Under the pieces are notes generated by a model that was not told where the DNA came from, searched no databases, and saw only the letters and a program-made list of their open reading frames with translations. DNA of 64,000 bases from an uncultured delta proteobacterium (GTDB lineage Bacteria > Desulfobacterota > Binatia > UBA9968): the NCBI GenBank assembly GCA_963745835.1, contig CAVUZH010000016.1, positions 416,001 through 480,000 on the forward strand. Reading direction: 5' to 3'. The position numbers and the translations under genes are program-made. The number at the start of each line of letters is the position of its first letter. The stretch's first letter is position 1. Below are positions 52,688 to 63,608 of this stretch, piece after piece.

Positions 52688-53467
52688 TCAAGCCATGACG
52701 GCGCCGCCGTCGACTTGGATCGCCTGGCCGGTGATCCCTCGGGCGCGATCAGACGCCAGCATCAGCGTCACATAGGCAACTTCTTCCGGCTCGATGAGAC
52801 GCCGTTGCGGACAGCTTGCCGCGAGCATGGCGAGCGCCTGATCCAGCGATTGGCCGCGTTTTTCGGCCAGTCGCCGCGCGTTTTCGCGGGTCAACTCGGT
52901 ATTGACATAGCCCGGGCATACCGCATTCACGGTGACCCCAGATCTAGAGGTTTCCACAGCCAACGCCCGAGTCAGGCCGAGGCTTGCGTGTTTGGATGTC
53001 GCATATGCTGCGATTCCTGGATAAGCAACCCGGGCCACGGTTGAAGCGATGTTGATGATGCGCCCCCAGCGGGCGTCGATCATGGGCGCCAAAAAGATTT
53101 TGCAGCAGTTGTAGGTCCCGTTTACATTGACACGCATGACTTCATCCCACAGCTTGTCGGCCATCTCCAAGAAATCCGCTGCCGGCGCGATCCCGGCATT
53201 GTTCACGAGAATTTCGACCGCGCCAAAACATTTTTCGATCTCCTGCCGAAGACTTTCCACCTCCGGTTTTTGAGTCACATCGCATTGGCGTGCCAATACT
53301 TCAGCGCCTGTGGAGCGTAGCATTGCCGCGACTTCTTCAAGCGCGGCTACGGTTCTGCCGGTGATGACCACGCGGCTTTGCTCAGCGCCAAACGCTAAGG
53401 CAATTGCTTTGCCGATGCCGCGTGCCGCGCCGGTGACGAGCACGATTTTTCCAACGAGATCCTTCAT
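52688..53467 (-). CDS. SDR oxidoreductase (3-hydroxyacyl-CoA/3-hydroxybutyrate dehydrogenase-like)
   Basis: TGAARGIG, NNAG, YATSK, VCPGYV. Confidence 0.92.
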   Translation of the reverse strand: MKDLVGKIVLVTGAARGIGKAIALAFGAEQSRVVITGRTVAALEEVAAMLRSTGAEVLARQCDVTQKPEVESLRQEIEKCFGAVEILVNNAGIAPAADFLEMADKLWDEVMRVNVNGTYNCCKIFLAPMIDARWGRIINIASTVARVAYPGIAAYATSKHASLGLTRALAVETSRSGVTVNAVCPGYVNTELTRENARRLAEKRGQSLDQALAMLAASCPQRRLIEPEEVAYVTLMLASDRARGITGQAIQVDGGAVMA

Positions 53468-53470
53468 CTG

Positions 53471-53670
53471 CTAATTGCCGGTAAAATTTTCCTTACGCTT
53501 CTCCAGAAAGGCTTTCGTTCCCTCAGCCAGATCATGCGTGTGCGCGCTAGCCGCAAAGTGTGGGCTTCGATTCGAGCCCGGTGGCTAAATCCAATTCTGG
53601 CTCCGATTGATCAGCATCTTCGATGCTTCCAACGCGAGACGGGGCAGTGCCGCCAGCTTGGCGGCAAATG
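53471..53670 (-). pseudogene. 3' remnant of an enoyl-CoA hydratase
   Basis: AKLAALPRLALEASKMLIN...THDLAEGTKAFLEKRKENFTGN* with no 5' part. Confidence 0.7.
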
Positions 53671-53895
53671 AACATAACAGCAGCAAGAACCAGAGGACCG
53701 TTTCCTTATGGCTGCCTTTTACTGCTGTTCACTATAACTTGTCTAATGGTTTTATTCTGGAGGTCATGGTTTATCATTCATGCCAGCCTTGACTCGCCTT
53801 GTGCTAGCAAGGCCGAATCACAGCGCATGCGAATAGAGTAAACTTGTCGCTGATCTCGACGAATGTAGATAACCGATGAAGTTGTTTGCCCTCAA

Positions 53896-54700
53896 CTAAC
53901 GAGCGAGCGGCAGATAAACGTGAAGGGTACTACCATGGCCGCCTGCGTATCAACGTCAAAGAAACCATGGGGGCTCTTAACTATTCCGCAACGATAGAAA
54001 GCCCTAGGCCCGTTCCCTTGCGCTTCTGGTTTCGTTGAGAAGAATGGTTCGAAATATGCTGGCGAATGTTTTCATCCATTCCCGGACCAGTATCCGCAAC
54101 CGTGATGCAGACGTGATTCCGATTTTCAGTTTCAGAAAAGCCGTCTCGCATTTCATTGCCGGCAATGGTAGTGGTGCTCAATCTAAGGGTTCCCGATTCG
54201 CTCATGGCGTCCCTCGCATTGATGCAGAGATTCAGCAACACTCCGTGTAGCTGACTGGCATCAGCCAATATGTGGGGAATAGTTGGTCCAGGTCTGCAGT
54301 AATCGTAATTGTCTTAGGAATGGTACTCTCTAGCCCTTTAACCACGGTCATGATCAATCGTTGATATTAGTGGGATGGAACTGTAGTTTGGTTTGTCGCG
54401 CAACCGTAAAAAGCTGCTGAGTCAAGACAATTCCCTCTGTCAACTGTCTTCTCGATAATTTCAAGATGTTGCTCCAGCGACAATGGGTTTTTAGGTCCAT
54501 TCGCATGAGTGTGGCGTATGACTGGACGATATTTAGCAAGCTGTTAAATCGTGAGCGATGCCTCCAGCGAGCGTTCCTATGCTTTCCATCTTACGTGCGT
54601 GCTCTAGCTGCTCTCGAAGCTTGGTTTCTCTTGCTAGGCTGCGCGAGAGATCGTGCCTGGTGGGAACAGCCACGGGTTCAACTCTCCCCTCGCCTTCCAT
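53896..54700 (-). pseudogene. Degraded sensor histidine kinase
   Basis: Fragments in several frames: KMESIGTLAGGIAHD, LLNLCINARDAM, DTGPGM, GTGLGLS, HVYLP. Confidence 0.85.
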
Positions 54701-55083
54701 AGCTGCCATCCAGCCGCGGCGAAGTTAGCCAGAGTTTTTTATGATTGGCTCATCCTCTAGATACTTGCGATCGTCACTGTGTGCAACAACCCAACTGACT
54801 GATTCTAACATGGAAAAGGGGGCCTAACAGCGCTTCAACTATTGGGGTTCAATCTTCAAGGGCGGAAAAAAAACGCTGCGGCAAATACATGAGCTGTGTA
54901 ACATCCCGGTTGAGTGTGATTCCGCAGGGACTGGCATTTCGCGGCAGCGTCTGAGCGAGCAAAAAAGCTAAGGATCCGCGGCTATGATGTCACATTCCCT
55001 CCGCCTCACGTTGCGCGCCCTCAATCTCTTCGCATTAAAACGCCGCGGTCGTAATACGCGACAGTACCGGAGAGGTGCATTCC

Positions 55084-55311
55084 TTATGCGACCTTGCCGC
55101 CCTGACCCCTAATCTTAGGCAGGGCGGCGGATAACTCCTCAATGCTCTGAGTGTCCTTTTCTCCGCGGTAAATGCCCATCGTAAGCTCTGTTTTTAGCTG
55201 CTCTATCTCCGCATCCTGCCGGTTGATAAGAGCCAGAATCCATTCCCGATCCGCGATGCTAATTCCAAACCTTCCCAGTTCCTCGAGCCGAAGTTTATCT
55301 TCCGGTGTCAT
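55084..55311 (-). CDS. Hypothetical protein
   Basis: ATG preceded by GGAGG; charged helical composition. Confidence 0.5.
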   Translation of the reverse strand: MTPEDKLRLEELGRFGISIADREWILALINRQDAEIEQLKTELTMGIYRGEKDTQSIEELSAALPKIRGQGGKVA

Positions 55312-56130
55312 ATCGTCCTCCGCTAAATCCCGAACCGCATAGCCGTTTTTCTTGCCTTCAACTTGTGGCCCCGCAATCTTGAGTTTTGTATTGGACCATG
55401 GCGCAATGGCGCGATGAGATTAACAGACGGTGTTGCGAAGCTACTTGGTGAGGCTTCTTTAACCAGGTGAGAAGGGATTTAACAGCGAAGCAAGCAAGGA
55501 TCACTACACATACAACAACGAATGCCGCTGGAACCATCACGTCCCATACCATTGGAGTTAACCTCCTGGCTGACATCCCTAACCGACGGGGACATGGAAT
55601 CTATCATATGCTTTGTTCTTTGCAAGGATGATTTGGATTAGCGTCTTTGGCGAAGTCTGGCGGAGGGGTATCTATTGGCACAGGCTCTCCGCATATTCGT
55701 GATTGGCCGGTTAACGGCTCACTGACGCACGATTGATCATTGGCCCTGGCGTTTTGGATCAATCGGCTTCATCTGAATGGATTATAGGCAGTAACAACTG
55801 TGACTATTTTCGCCGGCCGTAGCCTCGGCCATCTCAGGCATCAGCCCGCATAAGAGATAGCAGAAGGAATCGCCGAGATCGGACTATGGATGTGACTTCT
55901 TGCGAATGTCTTTTATGACATTGCCGAGACGGTCCTCAGAATAGTGCCGCCTGCTAAACAAAGCTTTTTGTCACTTCTTCGTCACGGCTTTTAGGTGAGT
56001 TCGCCGCTGGTGGAGCCCCGGTTCCTTCCTTGGCTTAAGGGATCCGGACTGACAAGAGAGTGCGTTGCCCAAGAAGCCTTCTTCGCTGAGTCTTACACGT
56101 TTGCCGGATTGTCTGTTTTGTCGTGATCAT

Positions 56131-56307
56131 CTACTTTTCGAATGCAGCAAGTTTTCCCAGGGCCTCACTGATCTTTCTTAGAGAGATCTCAATGCCCCGG
56201 CGCACCTCTTCGTTAACCGACTTATCTTTAAACCAGAGTTCAAGACAAGCCTGTTCCTCTTTAAGTGTAGCGACAACTTCCCGAAGCATTGTATCTATAG
56301 GTGTCAT
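56131..56307 (-). CDS. Small hypothetical protein (58 aa; below the ORF-track cutoff)
   Basis: MTPIDTMLREVVATLKEEQACLELWFKDKSVNEEVRRGIEISLRKISEALGKLAAFEK; amphipathic helices. Confidence 0.45.
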   Translation of the reverse strand: MTPIDTMLREVVATLKEEQACLELWFKDKSVNEEVRRGIEISLRKISEALGKLAAFEK

Positions 56308-56900
56308 TCTCTTGATGCCTGTTCTTCATCTCAAAACCGCATCATCCGCATCTTCTCTGCATCCATACGGGGCGGGGTATATATCTCTCCGGGCGTCTGT
56401 AAGTCAATGCAGTGGTCGCTGCATTACAGGAGGGGAAGCGTGAATCGCTTACCGTCCCAACGCACTGGGGGCTGTCATACCTGGCTTATTGACCAGCGGT
56501 GAAACGTCATGTGCCTGCATCTGTTTAGATGGGGAACGGGGCAAGCACACCCGCGATGTCCGCCGGCCGGGTACTGAGTCGATTACATGCGAAGACGTTC
56601 GGATAAGCCGCGCATGAGTTTGCCAGCGCGGAACTCACGACCGATACACGGTTGATGACTACTGCATCGCGTTTTTGATTGTTTGTTGCTGAAGCCTATC
56701 TTGCTCCCAAGCAACTAAGCCGTTCTTCCCGGCAAAGCTCAAGCTACTTACCACAATTACACGGGCACCTCGATATAGTAGCACCGCCAGTTGTGCCACG
56801 CTGCCAGTCATGAGAGCTATGACAAGGGCGAACGTTGTCAGCCGTTTTTTTATCTTAATGTTATTCTGCGGTGTCGCCGTTAGTGTGCTGCTCATTGTGA

Positions 56901-57359
56901 TCACCGCGCTTTGCGGGGATTCACCATCTGCGCTGGTGATTTGTCGTGTAGGCGTGACTCGTGTGTCGGGTGCAAGCTGCACCAGCATCGGATCTTGACG
57001 TCACTGCCGGCGCGACTCGTCGAAATTTTGAGGCAGAGATCATGTCTATTGTTTTTGCATTGTCTACAGATCCAATACAGTGCTTGTTTACTCCTGGATA
57101 TAGCTGATGAGACGTGTTTACGATTAGGCTTCACCAGCAGTGCACCGCGAAGTCTATGATCCACCCATTGTTTGGCTTCTTTAATGGTAAACCGCTTAGC
57201 TTGCACTTCAGTCTGAAAGGCATCGCCGAACTTTAAAACGACCGTATGAATTTTGAGTTTTTCAGTGAACTCGATGTGAACACTAGCTGTCCAATCGCCG
57301 ATAGCCGAATCGAAGAAAGCTACCGGAAGAATAAGATGCTGGCGGTATAGACACTCCAT
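56901..57359 (-). CDS. Hypothetical protein with a C-terminal Cys/His cluster
   Basis: GAAGGG upstream of ATG 57359; CxxC...HxxC...CxCxxH. Confidence 0.5.
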   Translation of the reverse strand: MECLYRQHLILPVAFFDSAIGDWTASVHIEFTEKLKIHTVVLKFGDAFQTEVQAKRFTIKEAKQWVDHRLRGALLVKPNRKHVSSAISRSKQALYWICRQCKNNRHDLCLKISTSRAGSDVKIRCWCSLHPTHESRLHDKSPAQMVNPRKAR

Positions 57360-58160
57360 CGCTGCCCTTCCTTCTGCTCTTCGCGGGACGTCGTTCTCAT
57401 TAAGCGGTATGACCAATGTAAGAGATCTCAGAGTTTGTAGGTCCAAGAATAAAGCTTCTTTAGCCACGGCAAGCGCATAGTCACGAAGCCGTCTCGGTTG
57501 ATATAAATCGAGCCGGAGCGTCTTAGTATTTCTCTGACTATCAACTTCAAATGCTTCGGTTACCTGCGTTAAGATCCTCGGGTGATTGGTCGAAAATTAT
57601 CAACTTGGCCCTCCTACAGCATGGAGCATGCCGGCTGTGGATTACTATTGCTTCGGAAATGAGCACGTCTTTTAACCGAAGCGGCTGACAAATAAACCCG
57701 ATCATTATCCGCCGTCGGTTTAGCAGGCAAAGCTGCCGCCGAATGTGACCAGACAGAACCATGCGTAACTCGCGAAACGCTTCAAACTCGTAGCTGGCCT
57801 GATGAAAGTTGAGGGGGGCATAACCCTTGCTCAGAGTGCGGCGTCAGCGGGGGCGAAGAAGCGCAGCTTGTAACGACACCATGGATCTTCTTCGCTTCCC
57901 CGCGCCACTGGTTTTGGGGAGTCTTAGCGACAATTGGACCGGCGGGTCGAATGAAACTCTTGATGATCGAAGACTCGGTTCGGCTATTAAAGAGTGAAGC
58001 AATCCTTATAATTCTAGTTGTTCTCTTTATATGGAACATGGGGTACATCACCGAGGCGGAAGTCACCCGTATGTGGGAGAAGACAACGATTATGCACGAC
58101 TGCATCTTCACACCAGCACCTGAAAACAGTAGTCGCGCATAAGCCGAAGGACGGGACTTC

Positions 58161-58379
58161 ATGAAGTGGCTAGAAATTCCCGCTCATAGAGTACTTGAGG
58201 TGGAGTGTCAGGAACTTGAAGACCAGTTCGATATGTATGATGACGAGGGTAAGCTTTGCGGTGGGAGCAGCGTATATCTGTTATTTCGTAGGAAGGACGG
58301 CAAGAGATTTAAGTTCGCTAAGTTCGGTGACGTCTACGGGGCAATCAAGCGAAATCGCGCTTATCTGCAAGAGGTCTGA
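58161..58379 (+). CDS. Hypothetical protein
   Basis: ATG with a purine-rich leader; protein-like composition. Confidence 0.45.
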   Translation: MKWLEIPAHRVLEVECQELEDQFDMYDDEGKLCGGSSVYLLFRRKDGKRFKFAKFGDVYGAIKRNRAYLQEV

Positions 58380-58418
58380 ACCGTCACTGATCAGGGACAA
58401 CAGGTTGTAGATCGATCG

Positions 58419-58799
58419 ATGAAACAACGATACCAAAGAGTTGATCCTAACGTTTTCGATCTCGCCTGGCTTGACGATAAAGAGCTTGAAGCACTACAAC
58501 GGACAATGCTTTCAAACCGTGAGAACGAGATTTGCGCGTATTGGCTGCGCTCGTTGAATGAACAGGCCGCCATTCGCACCGGAAAACTTCGGATCATCCC
58601 CGGTACCGAGGCCAGAGACCCGGACTTCAAACAATATTCGATCAGCGAACTTGATGCAGCGCGGCTAATCTTCGGCGGTATTGAAAATCAACTCAACGCC
58701 ACGGGTAAGTCAACGGGCGAGCGCTTTTGTGAACTGCTAGTTAAATGTTGCAGTCAGGCCATGGAGCGCAAGCAAGAGTCTTCATCCGTCGATCACTGA
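58419..58799 (+). CDS. Hypothetical protein
   Basis: 126-aa ORF, co-oriented with 58161-58379. Confidence 0.5.
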   Translation: MKQRYQRVDPNVFDLAWLDDKELEALQRTMLSNRENEICAYWLRSLNEQAAIRTGKLRIIPGTEARDPDFKQYSISELDAARLIFGGIENQLNATGKSTGERFCELLVKCCSQAMERKQESSSVDH

Positions 58800-59285
58800 G
58801 GCAAGAATTACTCCCCGCCCATCAGGTAGAGATTGGACGGTGGGCCGCCCGATGCTCGTCCTGTCGTGATCTCATTGCAATGGCGTGAGACAATATGCTG
58901 CTGGTCATCTTATTTGGCTCCGACGTGCAGTGACCGAGCTTCTTATACAATGATCACCGATGCGGAAGAGAACTTTTGTGCCAAGAATCTTTTTTGCTTG
59001 ACATTCGTTTATACCCGCTCTAGGAACGTCAGCAATCATTTCGAAATTCATCCTTAGTTTTACATCACGAGCTGATCAACTCAGCTTTCAATTCTGGGGC
59101 TCAGCACTGAAATGATCTCGCCGATTGTACTTAACTGAGTACGGCGGCTCTCATATAAGTTACATTTGTGTCACATGAGAAGCGTGCTGGAGATTGCTGC
59201 AGCGTCCGATTCCAGCGATTTGGTGTAGCAGTACTGAATCTTAGCAACCTGACAAATTGGACACCTGAAGAATGCCGGGGGATAT

Positions 59286-60293
59286 ATGGGCAAAGTCTAT
59301 CAAATAGTCAGAGAAGTAGTGCAAGGAACCTTAAACCGGACACCCGGTCCTACGGTTTCCTCTCAAGCTACAGGAAGCGAAGACAGTCTAAGTGAGGCAC
59401 TAGAGGACCTTGATAAATTATTTGCGGATGGAATCCGTAGGTTAAAGGCAGCGGTCAGTGACAACCGAGCTGTGGCACTAACTAAGACCAAACATGCCGA
59501 GCAAGTTATCGAGGGTCTCAAGGCAAACATCTCCGGACTAGAGGCTAGGGTCAAAGAGGCTGAGGACACCCTTCATAACCAAAACGTCGTCGGGCAAAAG
59601 ATGGAAGAAAGTCTTAGGACCGAGATCGACAATTTACAACGTGCATTGAAGGAGAAAGAAGAATCGCTCCAAAGTCGAATATCCGAAGTAAACGACCTTA
59701 GGTCGAAAATAGATGTTCTGGCGGAGCAGGTAAGCCAGGCGGAGTTGGCGGTCAGCAAGGCAAGAGGAGAGGCGGCGACGAAGGTGCAAGAAGCCGAGCA
59801 GGTTATTGAGGGGCTCCAGGCAAACATCATTGTGCTAGAGGCAACACTGAAAGCTAAACTTTGCCAGGGGGAGCAGAACGGCGTTGACAGCACGGACTCG
59901 TCCATAAACGTGCTCGATCAGGACCGCAACGAGCCGGCAACCGATTTAGACGGCCACTCACAACTCCAAAGGAATGGCAGGACAGCGAGCATGGCACAAG
60001 CTTTTGCTAATCTTCAGGCGCAAGCTGTCGCCCGAATAACGGAGGCCGGTCGCGAAACCGTGACGCCGGAAGCTTTTGTCCGCATCGTCACTGAGTTCAG
60101 TAAATTCGCCAATGTCATTGAAAACATAGCATCCCTGATTGTCCGTGATCACGTTAGGACGCTCGGCGAATCGATGGAACAATTTCCGCAGAAGCGGCTA
60201 CCAGAACTCCTTGAGTCTCTGAGCAAAGAGATATCTGACAATACGCTCAAAGCCGATTTTCGCGCGCGATTTGGCGATAAAACCCTTGGATGA
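59286..60293 (+). CDS. Coiled-coil protein with an internal repeat
   Basis: Heptad-rich; AEQVIEGLxANIxxLEA occurs twice, 99 codons apart. Confidence 0.75.
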   Translation: MGKVYQIVREVVQGTLNRTPGPTVSSQATGSEDSLSEALEDLDKLFADGIRRLKAAVSDNRAVALTKTKHAEQVIEGLKANISGLEARVKEAEDTLHNQNVVGQKMEESLRTEIDNLQRALKEKEESLQSRISEVNDLRSKIDVLAEQVSQAELAVSKARGEAATKVQEAEQVIEGLQANIIVLEATLKAKLCQGEQNGVDSTDSSINVLDQDRNEPATDLDGHSQLQRNGRTASMAQAFANLQAQAVARITEAGRETVTPEAFVRIVTEFSKFANVIENIASLIVRDHVRTLGESMEQFPQKRLPELLESLSKEISDNTLKADFRARFGDKTLG

Positions 60294-60502
60294 AGAGTCT
60301 CCTCAATGCATAAGCACCCGAAAACTTCCTCCGAAGCATTGCACCCGAGCGACTTCAAGGTGATAAAAAGTGGCCGTTCCAGTGCTGGGCGATAAGGCGC
60401 CTCTGGTCAATCGACTAAGGGCCGCTGAATCTCGAAATGAAAAATCCCGGCCGTTCGGGCTAGGCTATATGCGATGGACCTCGGGGAAGCTCGACAACAG
60501 AC

Positions 60503-60865
60503 GTGACTAAAATTCTGCTCGTTGACGATAACCCGCACATACGGCGAACCCTTCAGGTTCTGATCACTTGGATGGGATTTGAGACCATCACCGCTGCTAA
60601 TGGCAAGGAAGCTGTTGAAAGATCTCTAGCGGAGAAACCGGACTTGATCCTAATGGATTTCGTGATGCCGGCTATGGATGGTGGAGAAGCGACGCGAATC
60701 TTGCGACTGAGTCCTAACACTAAGGACATTCCGATCCTCGCCATGACTGCATTATACCGTAGATTTGAGCTTCAACGCTGCATCGATATAGGGTGCAACG
60801 ACTATATAGTCAAACCATTTCCGATAAACGAACTGCAAAGAAAAATCAAAGCTCTAATTCGCTGA
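60503..60865 (+). CDS. Single-domain response regulator (CheY/DivK-like)
   Basis: ILLVDD, PDLILMDFVMP, MTA, YIVKP. Confidence 0.93.
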   Translation: MTKILLVDDNPHIRRTLQVLITWMGFETITAANGKEAVERSLAEKPDLILMDFVMPAMDGGEATRILRLSPNTKDIPILAMTALYRRFELQRCIDIGCNDYIVKPFPINELQRKIKALIR

Positions 60866-60930
60866 GCGGACGCCGTTCTTGTCCTGTCCCACGATTTCGG
60901 AACACGATTTCCCGGCTGATGAGTGAGAGT

Positions 60931-61809
60931 TCAATGGCTGTCCTTGTTTAGATACACCGCTGCCGGTGTGCGGTATCCTAGGCTCATGTGCAGCCTCTCG
61001 TGATTGTAAAACTGTCGATAGGCTTTCACGGCTTCGATCAGCTCGGTTCGATTTCTGGGCAGCACGCGATACAAATGCTCGAGCTTGAGTGATCCATGGA
61101 AGCGTTCCTCGCGGCCAATGGTCTGCGGATGATACTTGCGCGATCGCACATGGATCAACAGCTCAGTTTTCTTCACAAAGTTTCTGAACCGTCGCGCCTT
61201 CATTGCGGGCCCATTGTCGGTTACCAGAATGATCTCGCCCGCAAGCTCATGCTCCAGATCAACGATCTCTTTGAGTGCGCCTTCCACCACTGCAATCAAG
61301 TCCAATGCCGTTTCGGTCTCGGAGACCTCCGAGATCAGATTAAACCGACTCAAGTACTCGGTCACACAACCGATCCGATGCTTCTCGCCATCTTCGCTCA
61401 CGTAATCGGTAAAGTCGCTCTGCAAAACTTGGTTGATCTTCTCGGGCGTCTTGAGCCGCTGCCGACGTTGTTCGGCCGCCTGGCGCAGATCGTGACCGAT
61501 GCGTTTGGGCTGGAGCAAGCCCTCGCTCTTGAGCATCCGGTAGCAACTCATCCGACTGCTCCCAGTCAAATTTACGGTCATCTTCCCCCACGCCAACGCG
61601 TAAGCACGAACTCGACGATGTCCCGCTTCCACTCGCTTGAGCGCCACCTCCCGCAGTACCTCTCGGTGCTGCGCCGAGGGTGCTTGTCGCCCACGCTCGC
61701 GATAGTCTTTCATCCCGCGAACCTGGCGGTAGTAACTGCTCCGCGATAATCCCAATAGCTTCATCGCCCGTTTGACCGTGAGTCCCTCCGCTACTCGCGC
61801 CGCTTCCAC
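60931..61809 (-). CDS. IS3 transposase OrfB (DDE integrase core)
   Basis: QSDFT, TDNG, ERFHGSLK, YNHERLHMSLGYRTP. Confidence 0.92.
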   Translation of the reverse strand: MEAARVAEGLTVKRAMKLLGLSRSSYYRQVRGMKDYRERGRQAPSAQHREVLREVALKRVEAGHRRVRAYALAWGKMTVNLTGSSRMSCYRMLKSEGLLQPKRIGHDLRQAAEQRRQRLKTPEKINQVLQSDFTDYVSEDGEKHRIGCVTEYLSRFNLISEVSETETALDLIAVVEGALKEIVDLEHELAGEIILVTDNGPAMKARRFRNFVKKTELLIHVRSRKYHPQTIGREERFHGSLKLEHLYRVLPRNRTELIEAVKAYRQFYNHERLHMSLGYRTPAAVYLNKDSH

Positions 61810-61826
61810 CTCTGCCCAACTCGGCC

Positions 61827-62120
61827 TTAACTCCTCGACAGCCGTTTTAAAAAACGGATCTCGACCGCCTGCTCTCCGATCAGCTTCTGCAGTTCCTCAA
61901 TTTGTCGCTCCAGGGCTGCTTTCTCACCGTGGCTTACATTGCGCCCATCAAAGGCCAGAGCCGCTTTGCCCCCTTCAAAGAACTTATCTCGCCAGCGATA
62001 GATCAGTCCTTCCGAAACTTGATGCCGTCGAGCAATTTGCCCCACCGGCTCTTTTTGACTGAGCGCTTCTTTCACAATCTGGTAGCGCTTCTCCGCCGTC
62101 CACCGACTCGGTTTGGCCAT
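61827..62120 (-). CDS. IS3 transposase OrfA (HTH)
   Basis: IARRHQVSEGLIYRWR; slippery TTTTTTAAAAC at 61844-61854 gives a -1 fusion into OrfB. Confidence 0.9.
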   Translation of the reverse strand: MAKPSRWTAEKRYQIVKEALSQKEPVGQIARRHQVSEGLIYRWRDKFFEGGKAALAFDGRNVSHGEKAALERQIEELQKLIGEQAVEIRFLKRLSRS

Positions 62121-62230
62121 CTGTTCCTCCCGACTGGCTTCCCAGCACTATCTATGGCCATTTCCACTCTCACTTATCCAGTGTTCCGAATCTGGTGGGA
62201 CGCGACAGGGACGCGACATTCTGTCTCGCC

Positions 62231-62815
62231 TCAGTGCCTAAAGACTCCATGTGGCTCTTTGTCCTTTCGCAACCCGCAGAACTTTGAATGCCTCAAAATA
62301 ACCATCAGGTGTCCACTCCGTGAACTCGATCTGCCCAACCAGCTCAGGTTTGAGCCAGACGCAGTCCTTCATCTCTTCACGTGTGAGCGCCCACTGTGTG
62401 CGTTTCTTCTCTGGCAGGTTAGCGAGCCGACACATTTCAGTCTCTAACGCCTTCAACTTCGACCAAACCAACCGCCGTAAACGCGGGACGAAGCCATTGC
62501 GCACATTGCTCGCAAACATAAGCTTGTCGCCTTCATAGTAGCCGACGATAAGCGCATCAAGTGGGTTGTTTGGGATATACCCGTCGATCGCAACTCCTGT
62601 GCTTTGTTGTCCTTGTACTTGAGCCAGGCGCCGCTGCGCTTACCGGACTCCTAGCAGGAGTCTCGGCGCTTGGCGATGATTTCCTCGAAGCCAAATTTTT
62701 TCACTAACGGGATCAACTCGGCTGAGGTTGTATCAAGCGTATCGGACAATCCGATGAGAGGAGTGCGTGTCTTTAAGTCCGTCGGCTATCTCACTTAGCA
62801 ACTCACGTCTATCCT
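62231..62815 (-). pseudogene. ligD: LigD ATP-dependent DNA ligase C-terminal remnant
   Basis: IIAKRRDSC*ESGKRSGAWLKYK, LIVGYY, WLKPELVGQIEFTEWT; in-frame TAG plus frameshifts. Confidence 0.85.
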
Positions 62816-63338
62816 CACCTACCGCAGAGAGGTACTTGCCCGCTGGTGCTTGCCTTCAGCTCCTTGCAACCATCCGAGAATCACCTTAGCGACGATAAAT
62901 GCGATGATTGCCGCAGCTGCAAGGACCACTGCCAACGCGATGAGGAAGTCAAACAATAATTTGGTCATGATGTTTCTCTCCATGCCCAAACTTCCTGGAG
63001 CTGCCGCACAGCCGCTACTGTATGAGCAACGATAAGCACGCAGAGACAAAACCCCAAAACCCAATCCGATGACGAGAGATTAAAGCCAACCTCGTATGTC
63101 TACCATGATCGCCCCCTTGGGCCTCGCCAGCGCAGCGCCTTTGACAGGGCGTCAAAGGAAGGCGGGTTGTCGCTTGCAGGGTTGTCGCTGCGCAGCGAGG
63201 GCGCGGTTAATAGCACAAACAATACGGGTCGATCAAGGCTCCGTGAGACCGTCATGAAGCAGCGCGGAGACTATGTAGGAGATCCTACTTTTATTCGCGC
63301 CCACCAACTCGGCTGTTTGTGCTAGAATATGTGCCGCT

Positions 63339-63608
63339 ATGGCTGTCCTGCATATCACCTATAACCACAATCCACAGACTTCCAAAGCAGGCTATGTTGG
63401 TTTTTATAAGGTAATAACAAGCTACCAATACCGAAGATTGTCTCAATCGCATTGGACGATCAACACGGAGGAGTCGCCGCAAGCGGTCTGGCAGAAACTC
63501 AAACAATACATCGACCCGAGTGACTACTTGCTTATGATGCCCCTTGATCCGACTTGGTTCTCTGCAAAGGACCGGAGGGTTCTTGGTTGGTTAGCGGCGG
63601 GACCATAG
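63339..63608 (+). CDS. Small ferredoxin-fold protein resembling stand-alone Cas2/VapD-like family
   Basis: LHITY-N...RLSQSHWTI...LKQYIDPSDYLL pattern. Confidence 0.55.
   Translation: MAVLHITYNHNPQTSKAGYVGFYKVITSYQYRRLSQSHWTINTEESPQAVWQKLKQYIDPSDYLLMMPLDPTWFSAKDRRVLGWLAAGP

Larger units (their letters stand above)
60880..62218 (-). mobile_element. IS3-family insertion sequence with imperfect ~26-bp inverted repeats and a 4-bp target-site duplication (TTCT)
   Basis: TGTCCTGTCCCACGATTTCGGAACAC at 60880 versus the reverse complement of 62181-62207; TTCT at 60876-60879 and 62219-62222. Confidence 0.9.

Noticed and set aside
54790-54925. Possible HigA-like HTH remnant (...GKKTLRQIHELCNIPVE)
   Set aside because: Too short and degenerate to support without a search.
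63140-63200. Hairpin CCTTTGAC...GTCAAAGG and two GGGTTGTCGCT copies near the Cas2-like ORF as a mini-CRISPR
   Set aside because: Only two 11-bp copies 4 nt apart; no repeat-spacer periodicity.
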